This document shows, piece by piece, positions 13,550 through 25,076 of a stretch of 64,000 nt of DNA. The translations under genes and the position numbers were made by a program. The notes under the pieces were generated by a model that was given only the letters and a program-made list of their open reading frames with translations, was not told where the DNA came from and made no database searches. Source of the DNA: Candidatus Eiseniibacteriota bacterium (GTDB lineage: Bacteria; Eisenbacteria; RBG-16-71-46; CAVPCR01); the NCBI GenBank assembly GCA_963823555.1, contig CAWGMA010000001.1:1728001-1792000 (forward strand), read 5' to 3'. Every line of letters begins with the position of its first letter. The stretch's first letter is position 1.

Positions 13550-13625
13550 TGGTGGAGATAACCGGGATCGAACCGGTAACCTCCGGCTTGCAAAGCCGGC
13601 GCTCTCCCAATTGAGCTATATCCCC
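13550..13625 (-). tRNA. tRNA-Ala(TGC)
   Basis: GGGGATATAGCTCAATTGGGAGAGCGCCGGCTTTGCAAGCCGGAGGTTACCGGTTCGATCCCGGTTATCTCCACCA; 76 nt, CCA encoded. Confidence 0.98.
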
Positions 13626-13676
13626 GAGACTTGGCTCGAGCCTGGCCCCAGGATCGCTCCAGGCCTGCCCTGGAAT

Positions 13677-13753
<77 letters not shown>

Positions 13754-13966
13754 ATCCAGTAGATGAGCCCAGCCGGTCGGCAGTCATGTGCAGGGCCACG
13801 GCTCCAGCTCTCGCTCGACACGTCCGGCGCCAGGCCCGGGAATCCGGACGGCGCCAATGCCGAGAGGGAATACCGCCACTATGAATCGAATAGCGACGTC
13901 GGCCGTCTGAAGATCGAGAACGAACTCGATTCGACCGTGAGCTCGTGAGCCCGATGGCTCGTGGCT

Positions 13967-15536
<1,570 letters not shown>

Positions 15537-15690
15537 TAAAAACGGTGCCTTGCGCAAGCGCCTCCCGAAGGAAGCGCCAGAGTTTGGCAAGGTTCTCTTT
15601 GGGCCCTTCTCGGAACGTTACCGAGTCGGTCCGTCCCTGAAGGGCATCGAATTCATCTATCCCCTCAGACGGACCGGCACGCGCTATTCG

Positions 15691-15730
15691 ATTGTCAAAG
15701 ATCGTGCTCTTGGCTAGCACTCAGCTAGCC
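15691..15730 (-). promoter_or_regulatory. rRNA leader boxB-like hairpin and boxA
   Basis: GGCTAGC-N5-GCTAGCC hairpin (15712-15730) followed by GATCTTTGACAAT (15691-15703). Confidence 0.7.
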
Positions 15731-15745
15731 TCAAGGCGAAAGATC

Positions 15746-15785
15746 ACGTTACCCAGGCTGGGGGGGCGCAGTCAAGCGCTTTTTT
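15746..15785 (-). promoter_or_regulatory. rRNA operon sigma-70-type promoter with A-tract
   Basis: AAAAAA-gcgc-TTGACT-N18-TAACGT on the minus strand, upstream of the leader. Confidence 0.6.
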
Positions 15786-16050
15786 GAGGACTTTCCCCCA
15801 ACCGTATGTTTTTCGCAATCCCCAGAACAACAAAGAGTTACGAAATCAGAGGTGTTTCGGCCTGGCTGGGGCCCCCTGGCGACCCGGGCAACTGCCTTTC
15901 AATGCGCGGGGCAGTGTAGAAGCCCGGGGATCCGCCCGTCAACTGATTTGATGGCGGGCACCCGGATGGGCCCCCCCCCCGCGCCGCGCCGAATGGACAG
16001 CGGACCGCCCCGGGGGCCTTCCTTGACCCCTCCGGAGGGCCCGGAGTAAC

Positions 16051-18180
16051 GTGACCGTGACCATGCGCCGACTCAGACCCTGGCTCACGAGCCCTCTCGT
16101 CATCGTTGCGGCCTTCTGCCTCATCGGCCTCTCCCTGTCCGGATTCCGCTGGGTCGACCGTCATCTGCCATCGCCCTACCGGCTCCGCGACATCCAGCCG
16201 CCGCAAAAGACCGTCGTTCTCGACATCCACGAGCGGGTCGTGCACGAGTTCTTCCGCGAGAACCGTGACCTCGTGAGCTTGCCCGAGATCCCCGCACCCC
16301 TCAAGCAAGCGCTGCTCGCCACCGAGGACCGCAAGTTCTATCACCACTGGGGCGTCGATATATACGGCGTCATCCGCGCCGGGCTGCGGAATCTGCGCAC
16401 CGGACGCCTCCGCGAGGGCGGATCGACGATCACACAGCAACTGGCGCGCAATCTCTTTCTCACGCATGACCGCACCTGGCGACGCAAGCTGCAAGAGGTC
16501 GTTCTCGCCACGCGCATCGAGCGCATCTATTCGAAGGACGAGATCCTCGAGCTCTACCTCAATCAGGTCTATTTCGGTGATGGGGCGTATGGCGCGCAAG
16601 CCGCCGCGCGTACGTTCTATGGCAAGGATGTCGGCGATCTCTCGGTCGCTGAATGTGCCTTGATCGCGGGGTTGCCTGGCAACCCTCGCGATTTCAATCC
16701 GCGACTCCATCCGGAAGCCGCGGTTCACCGGCGTCATGTCGTCCTCAACGCCATGATCGATACCGGCGCCATCAGCAAGGAACAGGCGGCTGAGATCGAT
16801 GCGGCTCCCCTCGGTATCACCGAGATGAGCAACTCCTCGGCCGTCGGCCCCTACTTCGTCGAGATCATTCGCCAGTACCTCACCGAGCGCTACGGCTCGA
16901 AGGATCTCTACGAAGGTGGAATGCGTATCTACACCACCCTCGATCTCGACCTCCAGCTCGCTGCCGAAGAAGCCCTCGAGCACCGCCTGGTAGCTCTCGA
17001 GGAGAACTACCGCACGGTCGAGACGCGCGCCAAGTACGAGACCAAGGTCGCCAAGGCTGAATCCGGTGGCGAGGAGGTGCCGGTTCCCAAGTATCTCCAG
17101 GGAGCCCTCATCAGCATGGATGCGCGGACCGGCTACGTGAATGCTCTGATCGGCGGCCGGAGTTTTCGCGAGAGCCCCTTCAATCGCGCCATCCAGGCCA
17201 AGCGCCAGCCGGGATCTGCGTTCAAGCCCTTCATCTACACCGCAGCCATCGATAACGGCTTCCGCGCCTCCGACATCATTCTCGACACACCCGTCGTATT
17301 CCAGGGCGCATCGGCAACCGACGAGTGGCGGCCACAGAACTACTCCGCCACGTTCTCGGGACCCATGACGCTGCGCTACGCTCTCAAGAAGTCGGTGAAC
17401 ATCCCGGCGATCAAGCTCATGCGGAAGGTGGGGATCCCCGTTGTCGCCAGCTATGCGCGGCGGATGGGCATCAAGAGCCCCATCCAGAACGTGCTGTCCA
17501 CGGCCCTCGGCACCAGCGAGGTCTCCCTGATCGAGCTCACCGCGGCCTACTCCACCTACGCCACGGGTGGCGTCCATAGTGAACCCATCTTCGTCTTACG
17601 CGTCGAGGATCGAAGCGGGCAAGTCCTCGAGATCAACTCGAGCCGCTCGGAGGAAGTGCTGAGCGCCGAGACCTCGGCGATCATGACCAGCATGCTCGAG
17701 GACGTGATCACTTCGGGAACCGCCGGCGGCGCCAGGCTCATCGGCCTCACTGGACCTGCGGCCGGCAAGACGGGGACCACCGACGAATACAACAACGGCT
17801 GGTTCATCGGTTTCACTCCCGACATCGTGTGCGGGGTCTGGGTGGGATACGACTCCAACGAGTCGATGGGCAACGGCATGGAGGGTGCGCGGGTGGCGCT
17901 GCCGATATGGACGGACTACATGATCCAGGCCACGAGTGGCCGTCCGCCCCTGGACTTCCCCGCTCCATCGACACTCGCCACCGCTCGCGTTTGCAGCGAG
18001 TCGGGGATGCTCGCACGCGAGGGCTATTGTCCCGACACCTACATCGAGATCTACAAGGCGGGAACACAGCCGGCGAGGCTGTGCAGCTTCCACGGACTGG
18101 GCGAGCCTCCGGTGGACGCCGGCGCCTACCCGACGCTGGGGGACGACCTGATCCAGTCCGGTATGATCTTCATCGAGTGA
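16051..18180 (+). CDS. mrcA: Class A penicillin-binding protein (PBP1A family); alternative start ATG 16063
   Basis: Transglycosylase EDRKFYHHWGVD, GGSTITQQLARN, RKLQE, ILELYLN; transpeptidase RQPGSAFKP (SxxK), SVN, KTGTT. Confidence 0.93.
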   Translation: MTVTMRRLRPWLTSPLVIVAAFCLIGLSLSGFRWVDRHLPSPYRLRDIQPPQKTVVLDIHERVVHEFFRENRDLVSLPEIPAPLKQALLATEDRKFYHHWGVDIYGVIRAGLRNLRTGRLREGGSTITQQLARNLFLTHDRTWRRKLQEVVLATRIERIYSKDEILELYLNQVYFGDGAYGAQAAARTFYGKDVGDLSVAECALIAGLPGNPRDFNPRLHPEAAVHRRHVVLNAMIDTGAISKEQAAEIDAAPLGITEMSNSSAVGPYFVEIIRQYLTERYGSKDLYEGGMRIYTTLDLDLQLAAEEALEHRLVALEENYRTVETRAKYETKVAKAESGGEEVPVPKYLQGALISMDARTGYVNALIGGRSFRESPFNRAIQAKRQPGSAFKPFIYTAAIDNGFRASDIILDTPVVFQGASATDEWRPQNYSATFSGPMTLRYALKKSVNIPAIKLMRKVGIPVVASYARRMGIKSPIQNVLSTALGTSEVSLIELTAAYSTYATGGVHSEPIFVLRVEDRSGQVLEINSSRSEEVLSAETSAIMTSMLEDVITSGTAGGARLIGLTGPAAGKTGTTDEYNNGWFIGFTPDIVCGVWVGYDSNESMGNGMEGARVALPIWTDYMIQATSGRPPLDFPAPSTLATARVCSESGMLAREGYCPDTYIEIYKAGTQPARLCSFHGLGEPPVDAGAYPTLGDDLIQSGMIFIE

Positions 18181-18198
18181 GGTCCGCTGGCGCCCGGG

Positions 18199-19428
18199 CT
18201 ATCGCCCGCCGTGGCGTGCGGCATGCGGGATGTTGATCTGGTACTCGACCGGATGGCCCTCGGGGCCTTGCCGCCGTTCGCCAATGAGTGTCGTGACCTT
18301 CACCATGGCCGCCCCGCGCCGGAACACGCGTGGGACTCGCTTCCCGATCGAGCAGATGATCTCGTAGGGAATGGTCCCCGAGATGGCCGCCACCTCCTCG
18401 ATGGAGATGGAAGCGCCCACCTGCTCCCCGAAGACGACCACCTCGTCCTCGACGACTGCGTCCGGTACGCGGTCGAGATCGACCATGGTCATGTCCATGG
18501 TCACCCGCCCCACGACCGGCACTCGCGTGCCGCGAACGAGCATCTCGCCCCGGTTCGACAGCTCGCGACTCAGCCCGTGACCGTAGCCCACGGCCACGAC
18601 CCCGATGCGCATGGCATGGGGCGTGATGAAGGTGCGACCGTAGCTCACGGGGTGCCCCTGTGGCAGATCCCGGATCTGGAGCAGCCGGGATCGGAAGGAC
18701 ATCACCGGGCGCACATCGAGCTCGGGCGGCGTGCCGCGGGGCTTGAGCCCATAAGCCAGGAGCCCGGGGCGCACGAGATCCAGGGCCGCCCCGGGCAGGC
18801 GGGCCAGCGCGGCCGAGTTGGCGGCGTGAATGAGCGGGATGTCGATCCCTTCCGCCAGCACGGAGTCGCGGATGAGGTGAAACCGCTCGAGCTGAGCGCG
18901 GGCGAAGCTCAGGTTCGGGCCGTCGGCGTCGGGAAAGTGCGTGTAGAGCCCCTCGAGCCTGAGCTCCGGAGCGGCGGCCACGAGACGGGCCAGCGGGAGA
19001 ACGGCTTCGGGCATCACGCCGCTGCGGCCCATGCCGGTGTCCACCTCGAGGTGAACCGAGGCCACGGTCCCGGCCGCACCGGCGGCCCGGGCCAGGTCAT
19101 GGATGAAATCGGCCCGATTGACGGTGCAGGCCAGCCCATGCTCGACGATCTCGATCGTCTCGCCGGCCAGACAAGGAGAGAGGATCAGGATCGGCGCGCC
19201 GATACCCGCCCGCCGGAGCTCGATCCCCTCGTGCAGCGTGGCAACGCCCAGCATCTCGACGCCGGCGGCCAGAGCCTCCCGGGAGACGTCGACCGCCCCA
19301 TGGCCATAGGCGTCCGCCTTGACCACGAGAAGCGTCTTCTGCCCCGCGAGCGACTTCCGGATCTGCCCGAGGTTGTGGCCGAGACGGTCGAGGTCGATCT
19401 CGACCCATGTCGGAAACGCCTTGGTCAT
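18199..19428 (-). CDS. alr: Alanine racemase
   Basis: VVKADAYGHG (PLP Lys), DTGMGRSG, HAANSAA, VRPG, VSYG, GRVTMDM, GTIPYE. Confidence 0.96.
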   Translation of the reverse strand: MTKAFPTWVEIDLDRLGHNLGQIRKSLAGQKTLLVVKADAYGHGAVDVSREALAAGVEMLGVATLHEGIELRRAGIGAPILILSPCLAGETIEIVEHGLACTVNRADFIHDLARAAGAAGTVASVHLEVDTGMGRSGVMPEAVLPLARLVAAAPELRLEGLYTHFPDADGPNLSFARAQLERFHLIRDSVLAEGIDIPLIHAANSAALARLPGAALDLVRPGLLAYGLKPRGTPPELDVRPVMSFRSRLLQIRDLPQGHPVSYGRTFITPHAMRIGVVAVGYGHGLSRELSNRGEMLVRGTRVPVVGRVTMDMTMVDLDRVPDAVVEDEVVVFGEQVGASISIEEVAAISGTIPYEIICSIGKRVPRVFRRGAAMVKVTTLIGERRQGPEGHPVEYQINIPHAARHGGR

Positions 19429-19575
19429 CCCTCAATCCCGATGTTCGTTGTCTCAGAGGCACGCCGCGCCGTGGTCGGCTGCCGGCGACCTTGTTAGCAC
19501 AGGCGACACAACCGGGGCAAGACAGGCCACCCCATCTGGCCCTGGCCGCTCATAACATGTTAGCTTTCGCGCACC

Positions 19576-20436
19576 ATGTCCAACAAGAAAACCCCTCCGG
19601 ATTCGCCCTCGCTCCCATCCCTCCCCCCCCTGTCCTCGCCTGAGCAAGACGCGGTGAGCGCCCTCGTCGGCCTGGTGCGGCGACTGCGCGGTCCCGACGG
19701 CTGCCCCTGGGATCGGGAGCAAACGCTCAGGACCATGACTCCCTACATCATCGAGGAGGCCTACGAGGTTATCGACGCCATCGAGCGCAATGATGACACC
19801 CATCTGCGCGAGGAGCTCGGCGACCTCGTCTTCCTGCTCTTCTTCTGCGCCGAGATCAGCCGCGAGGAGAGGCGTTTCACGATCGAGGACATGCTCCTCG
19901 GCCATGTCCGGAAGATGGTCGCGCGCCATCCTCACGTGTTCGGCGATGCGGGTCAGATCGGCACCGAGCGGGCGGCCCAGCAGTGGGAGGAGCTCAAACA
20001 GGAGGAGGGCCAGGGCCGGCGGTCGGTGGTCGATGGGCGCCTGCCGTCGCTCCCGGCCTTGACCGCAGCCTTCCGCGTGCAGGAGAAGGCGGCCGCCGTG
20101 GGATTCGACTGGGAGAACGTGGGCGGCGCGCTGGAGAAGCTGGAGGAGGAGATCGCCGAGCTCAAGGCGGCGATCCGCCGCGAGGAAGACGCCGGCGACG
20201 CCCAGCGCGAGGAAGTCGGGGATCTCCTGTTCTCGATCGTCAACGTCGCCCGCCGCCTCAGGATCGACCCCGAGGCCGCGCTCCGCGGCACCACGGCCAA
20301 GTTCATGCGCCGCTTCCGCTACATCGAGGAGCGACTGGCGGCGAACGGCGTCCGCCCGTCGCAGTCGACGCTCGCCGAGATGGACCGGCTGTGGGATGAG
20401 GCCAAGGCGCGCGAGGCGGGGGAATCCTCCAGCTAG
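19576..20436 (+). CDS. mazG: Nucleoside triphosphate pyrophosphohydrolase
   Basis: LRGPDGCPWDREQT, IEEAYE, EELGDL, RHPHVF, KAAAVGFDW, EEVGDLLF, KFMRRF. Confidence 0.96.
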   Translation: MSNKKTPPDSPSLPSLPPLSSPEQDAVSALVGLVRRLRGPDGCPWDREQTLRTMTPYIIEEAYEVIDAIERNDDTHLREELGDLVFLLFFCAEISREERRFTIEDMLLGHVRKMVARHPHVFGDAGQIGTERAAQQWEELKQEEGQGRRSVVDGRLPSLPALTAAFRVQEKAAAVGFDWENVGGALEKLEEEIAELKAAIRREEDAGDAQREEVGDLLFSIVNVARRLRIDPEAALRGTTAKFMRRFRYIEERLAANGVRPSQSTLAEMDRLWDEAKAREAGESSS

Positions 20437-20557
20437 GGTGCAAGCCTGCGGCTTGCGCCAGCACTGCGAATCTAGCGATCAAGGAGGACGAGCTTGCGAC
20501 TCCTCCCCAACCCTGCCCGTGAAGAAGCCTGCCTCTCAGCCGCGTCAAATCACTCGC

Positions 20558-21946
20558 CTAGATCGGATACTCCTTCTTCCACTCGGGAATCACGGCATCC
20601 TGCGCGCCGCGCTTCTCGAGCTCCGCGACCAGGGCCTCCGACTGATCCGGATCGCCGTGCACGACGAAGATGCGCTTGTCGGCATCGGAGCGATTCTCGA
20701 TCCACTCGAGGAGCTCGTGTTGATCGGCGTGCGCACTCAGGGAGTTCAAGACCCGCACCCGCGCCTTGACCTGATGCGGCTCCCCGAAGATGCGCACTTC
20801 CTTTTCCTTCTCCACGAGCTTCCGCCCCAGCGTGCCATGCGCCTGGTAGCCGACGATGAGCACCGTGTTCCGTCCATCCCCGATGTTGTTCCGCAGGTGA
20901 TGGAGGATGCGCCCCGTCTCCGCCATGCCGGAGGCCGAGATGATCACCATGGGGCCCGGCTTCCCGTTGAGCGCCTTCGAATCCTCGACATGGCGGATGT
21001 AGGTGATGTTGTGGAACCCGAACGGCTTGCCGCCGCCCTCGATCATCTTCTGGACCTCGGAGTCGTAGCACTCCGGATGCAGGCGGTAGATCTCGGTGAT
21101 ATCCACCGTGAGCGGGCTATCGACATAGATCGGGATCACCGGGATCCTCTTCTCCTCCTGGAGCCGCGAGATGACGTAGACCAGTTCCTGGGCCCGGCCG
21201 ACGGCGAAGCTGGGGACGACGACCTTGCTCCCCTTGTCGGCGGCTTCGATGAGCACCGCAGCGATGTCCTCGCTCGCCTTCTCGTAGGGATCGTGCAGCC
21301 GCCCGCCGTAGGTCGACTCGGTGATGAGGACATCGAGACCGAGCGGTCGCTCCGGATCGCGGATGATGGGGCTCTTGCGGCGCCCGAGGTCGCCCGTGAA
21401 CCCGACGCGGCGCTTGATACCGCGCTCCTGCGCATCGAGCGCCACAACCCCCGAACCGAGGATGTGCCCGGCATCGTGGAAGGTAAGGGACACGTTCGGC
21501 ACGATTGGAATCTTGGCGTGATACGGAACCGCGATCATGCGCTCCATGATCTGGATCACATCGCCGTATTCGTAGAGCGGTTCGATCAGGGGCTCGTGCT
21601 TCTTCCTTCTCTTGTTGATGAACTCGGCATCCTGCTCCTGGATGTAAGCCGAGTCACGGAGCATGGCCGAGCAGAGGTCGCGCGTGGCCGGCGTCGTGTA
21701 GACGATGCCCTTGAACCCCTGCCGGGCGAACTGCGGCAGGTTGCCCGAGTGATCGATGTGGGCGTGCGAGAGCACGATGGCATCGATCGAGCCCGGATCG
21801 ACCTCGAGCTGGCGGTTACGCCGGTTCGATTCCTCGCGATGACCCTGGTAGAGACCGCAGTCGAGAAGGATGCGGGATCCGCCTGTCTCGAGAAGATGCA
21901 TCGAGCCGGTCACCGTGCGCACGGCGCCGAGAAAAGTGAGCTTCAC
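20558..21946 (-). CDS. MBL-fold beta-CASP ribonuclease (YSH1/TTHA0252-like)
   Basis: FLGAVRTVTGS, DCGLYQG, SHAHIDHSG, AGHILGS, ESTYG, SASGM, GYQA, SAHAD; GTG start overlaps the upstream stop. Confidence 0.93.
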   Translation of the reverse strand: MKLTFLGAVRTVTGSMHLLETGGSRILLDCGLYQGHREESNRRNRQLEVDPGSIDAIVLSHAHIDHSGNLPQFARQGFKGIVYTTPATRDLCSAMLRDSAYIQEQDAEFINKRRKKHEPLIEPLYEYGDVIQIMERMIAVPYHAKIPIVPNVSLTFHDAGHILGSGVVALDAQERGIKRRVGFTGDLGRRKSPIIRDPERPLGLDVLITESTYGGRLHDPYEKASEDIAAVLIEAADKGSKVVVPSFAVGRAQELVYVISRLQEEKRIPVIPIYVDSPLTVDITEIYRLHPECYDSEVQKMIEGGGKPFGFHNITYIRHVEDSKALNGKPGPMVIISASGMAETGRILHHLRNNIGDGRNTVLIVGYQAHGTLGRKLVEKEKEVRIFGEPHQVKARVRVLNSLSAHADQHELLEWIENRSDADKRIFVVHGDPDQSEALVAELEKRGAQDAVIPEWKKEYPI

Positions 21947-23406
21947 GGGGTCTTGCCTCCATCGGCCTCGGTGCCATCCGGGCCCGGGCCGGGCTCGGGA
22001 TTGCCAGGAGGTGCCGCCGGTTCCACATCCGGCGCCGCACTCGAGGGTGCTGCCGGCTCGGGTGCGGTCGCCTTCGTGCCCGGCTCGGGACAGCCATCAT
22101 CGTCCTCGAAACCGTCCAAGTCCTCGGGGGTTTTGGGACAGAGATCGTCGCGATCGGGAATCCCATCGCCGTCATCATCCAGATCGGGGCAACCATCATC
22201 ATCCTGGAATCCATCCCGATCCTCGGGATCGTTCGGGCACTCATCCGAGAAATCGAGGATGCCATCCCCATCGTTGTCCAGATCCGGGCAGCCGTCGCGG
22301 TCGGCGAACCCATCCCGGTCCTCGACCTCACGGGGACAGAGGTCCTCCAGATCCCCCACCCCATCGCCATCGTGGTCGGGCTGGAGAACGGCCAGATCAG
22401 GACCGACCCGGACGCGAAGCGTCCACTCCGGGTAGACGAGCCGGGGATCGAAGGCGGTGGCTGGATCGTCGCTGGCAAGCAGCAGATCGGCCTGGGTCGA
22501 GAGCTCGAGCCCGAAAGCGCGGAGGGCGAACCCCGGGCTCAGGGAACGGGGCGCTTCCTTGGGGGCCATCTCGCGGACACCCTGGAGGCGCGGGAGCTCG
22601 TACTCCGCGAATAATGTCGTCCGGCCGTGGGTGAGGGCGATGGCGAACCGCCAATCGAGACGATCAGCGGCCGGAGACTGGATCGAGAGAGCCGGCATGC
22701 GTTCGCGGAAGGGAACAAACGCCTCCCCCGGCTCGAGGTCGACTCGCCCGGTCCAACGACCCTCGGCGTGAAAGTGGATGGGGACCGGCACGCCGGCGCC
22801 GGTGAGCGCCACCGTGAGCCCAGCTCCGGCGAAGGGCGCCGTGCCGCCGGCCGTGAAGGGCTGGATGATCGCATCGCCGGCGGCCAGGGCATCGCTGCGA
22901 CCAGTGGCCAGGAAGGCCCCGCCCCCGAGTCGACCGCGAAGCCTCCCCCCGAGCAATGGGTGCGCGTAGTCGAGACCCACGGCCAGGTCCTCGATCCCAG
23001 TCCGGTTTCCGGCTGGCGCCAGATCGAGCCCCAGCCAGGACACCTGGGTGCGGGCCGTGAGGCCGTAGCCGATGCCGAACCCCGCATCGATACCCAGCCT
23101 CCGCACGCCGCCATCCGCGAGCAGGGTCCACGCTGCGTCCTCGGCTTCGCCGGCCCGCTCCGGATAGGCGAAACCTTCATACTCGAACCTGAGGCCGAGG
23201 ACATGTTCCGGAAGCGGCACTGCCGGGCGCGCTCGCACGAGGCGGAAGGGCGGCCAGTCGACCGGCCCGATCCGGTCCGGAAACGCCAGGACCCCGGCCC
23301 GGGCGCTCGCCGGTGGACCGATGAGGATCGAAGCAAGGAGGAGCATGGCTCCGGTAGCGATCCGGCGGCGCGCCGTCGCCGCCGGCACCGGAGCCCGCCC
23401 TGTCAT
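21943..23406 (-). CDS. Exported (probable outer-membrane) protein with thrombospondin type-3-like Ca-binding repeats, no OmpA domain
   Basis: Signal peptide; amphipathic beta-rich N-region; 3x DxDGDGxxDxxDxCPxxxEDxDGFxDxDGCP; P/A-rich tail; ATG overlaps tnaA TGA. Confidence 0.75.
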   Translation of the reverse strand: MTGRAPVPAATARRRIATGAMLLLASILIGPPASARAGVLAFPDRIGPVDWPPFRLVRARPAVPLPEHVLGLRFEYEGFAYPERAGEAEDAAWTLLADGGVRRLGIDAGFGIGYGLTARTQVSWLGLDLAPAGNRTGIEDLAVGLDYAHPLLGGRLRGRLGGGAFLATGRSDALAAGDAIIQPFTAGGTAPFAGAGLTVALTGAGVPVPIHFHAEGRWTGRVDLEPGEAFVPFRERMPALSIQSPAADRLDWRFAIALTHGRTTLFAEYELPRLQGVREMAPKEAPRSLSPGFALRAFGLELSTQADLLLASDDPATAFDPRLVYPEWTLRVRVGPDLAVLQPDHDGDGVGDLEDLCPREVEDRDGFADRDGCPDLDNDGDGILDFSDECPNDPEDRDGFQDDDGCPDLDDDGDGIPDRDDLCPKTPEDLDGFEDDDGCPEPGTKATAPEPAAPSSAAPDVEPAAPPGNPEPGPGPDGTEADGGKTP

Positions 23407-24785
23407 CGGACCATCACGGAGGGCTCGACCTCGGCAAGGCGAGCGGTGAAGTGGCGCAGCACGGGCGCCTCGTAGGTGAGACGGAGCCCGCGCACCCGGT
23501 CGCGAGCCTTCCACACCTCGATGATCGCGTCCGCGACGTAGCGCATGTGCTGGGTCGTGTAGACGCGGCGCGGGATCGCGAGCCGGACGAGCTCCAGATC
23601 GGGATAGACCGGACGTCCGCTCTCCACTCTCCCGAACATGAGGCTTCCGATCTCGACGGCCCGGATTCCCCCCTCCACGTAGAGCGCAGCGGTCAGCGCC
23701 TGCGCCGGAAACTGCTCCTGGGGAATCTGGGGCAGGAACCGGCGCGCGTTGAGATACACGGCGTGGCCGCCCGCCGGGCGCACCAGCGGAATCCCCGCCT
23801 CATCGAGCATCTCCCAGAGGTTCCGCACCTGGGCTGTGCGAAAGCGCAGGTAGTCGTCGTCGAGAACCTCCCTCAGCCCGATGGCCATGGCCTCGAGATC
23901 GCGACCGGCGAGCCCGCCATAGGTCGGGAATCCCTCGACCAGGATGAGCAAGTTCTTGATCTGCTCGGCGAGCGAGTCGTCCTCGAGACACAAGAATCCG
24001 CCGATGTTCACGAGGCCGTCCTTCTTGGCGCTCATGGTGCAGCCCTGGGCATGGGAGAACATCTCGCGCGCGATCTCGTGGATGGTGCGATTCGCGTAGC
24101 CCGCCTCGCGTTCCTTGATGAAGTAGCTGTTCTCGGCAAAGCGGCAAGCGTCAATGAACAAGGGGATCCGGTACCGGTCCAGGAGGGCGCGCGTGTCACG
24201 GATGTTCTGCATCGAAACCGGCTGCCCACCTCCTGAGTTGTTGGTCACCGTCATCATCACCAGCGGGACCTGCGCCGGCCCGTGTTCCTTGATCACTTGC
24301 TCGAGCTTGGCGATATCCATGTTGCCCTTGAACGGGAGCTCGGCATCGGGATTGTAGGCGTCGGCAATGGCACAGTCGATCGCCTTGCCGCCGACATGTT
24401 CGACGTTGGCGCGAGTCGTGTCGAAGTGGATGTTGTTGGGAACCACGTTCCCCGCTGTGACCACGGTCGAGAACAGGAGATGTTCGGCCACGCGTCCCTG
24501 ATGCGTTGGGATCACATGCTTGAAGCCGAAGATGTCGCGAACCACCGATTCGAGATGATAGAAGTTCTGGCTGCCGGCATAGGATTCGTCACCTTGCATC
24601 AGTCCCGCCCACTGCATCTGACTCATGGCGGAGGTGCCTGAATCGGTGAGGAGGTCGATGAAGATCTTGTCCGCCGGTATTCGGAACACGTTGTAGCCGG
24701 CTTCCTGGATGGCGCTGAGACGCTCCTCGCGTGAGATGTGGCGGATAGGCTCGACGACCTTGATCTTGAATGGCTCGGTGAGCAT
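23403..24785 (-). CDS. tnaA: Tryptophanase
   Basis: EPFKIKVVEP, IDLLTDSGT, GDESYAGS, HQGR, MSAKKD (PLP Lys), TYGGLAGRD, RLAIPRRVYT. HFDTT and LRHFTA are tryptophanase-type, whereas tyrosine phenol-lyase has FTTT and LRFF. Confidence 0.9.
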   Translation of the reverse strand: MLTEPFKIKVVEPIRHISREERLSAIQEAGYNVFRIPADKIFIDLLTDSGTSAMSQMQWAGLMQGDESYAGSQNFYHLESVVRDIFGFKHVIPTHQGRVAEHLLFSTVVTAGNVVPNNIHFDTTRANVEHVGGKAIDCAIADAYNPDAELPFKGNMDIAKLEQVIKEHGPAQVPLVMMTVTNNSGGGQPVSMQNIRDTRALLDRYRIPLFIDACRFAENSYFIKEREAGYANRTIHEIAREMFSHAQGCTMSAKKDGLVNIGGFLCLEDDSLAEQIKNLLILVEGFPTYGGLAGRDLEAMAIGLREVLDDDYLRFRTAQVRNLWEMLDEAGIPLVRPAGGHAVYLNARRFLPQIPQEQFPAQALTAALYVEGGIRAVEIGSLMFGRVESGRPVYPDLELVRLAIPRRVYTTQHMRYVADAIIEVWKARDRVRGLRLTYEAPVLRHFTARLAEVEPSVMVR

Positions 24786-24827
24786 GGTCCCTCCGTCCGC
24801 GGCGGACCCGCCGGCTAAACGGCCCGG

Positions 24828-24853
24828 CCCTGGAATGCAATCGCATTCCAGGG
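24828..24853. repeat. Perfect 11-bp inverted repeat upstream of tnaA
   Basis: CCCTGGAATGC-AATC-GCATTCCAGGG. Confidence 0.8.
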
Positions 24854-25076
24854 GCCAGCGCCCTCCAGCGCCCGCCTGGCGGCCTTCCGTGTAACACAGG
24901 ACGCCCGCCGGCTCAACCAGACCCAGCGGGGCCGCCAGGACTTCCGGAACCCTTGCCCGGCTCATCAAGGCTGTGTTAACCTACATATTTGAACGGTGAT
25001 CATGGGCGGGCTGGATCACGAAGACGCGCCCCGCCACATGTCATGTCCTGTGCCTTCCCCTAGAGGTTAGCTCATT

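Noticed and set aside
20437..20557. ncRNA between convergent mazG and the beta-CASP gene
   Set aside because: Only short hairpins (e.g. GCAAGCC-TGC-GGCTTGC), consistent with terminator-like structures; no recognisable family.
23403..24785. Tyrosine phenol-lyase assignment
   Set aside because: Diagnostic residues (FDTT, LRHF) favour tryptophanase.
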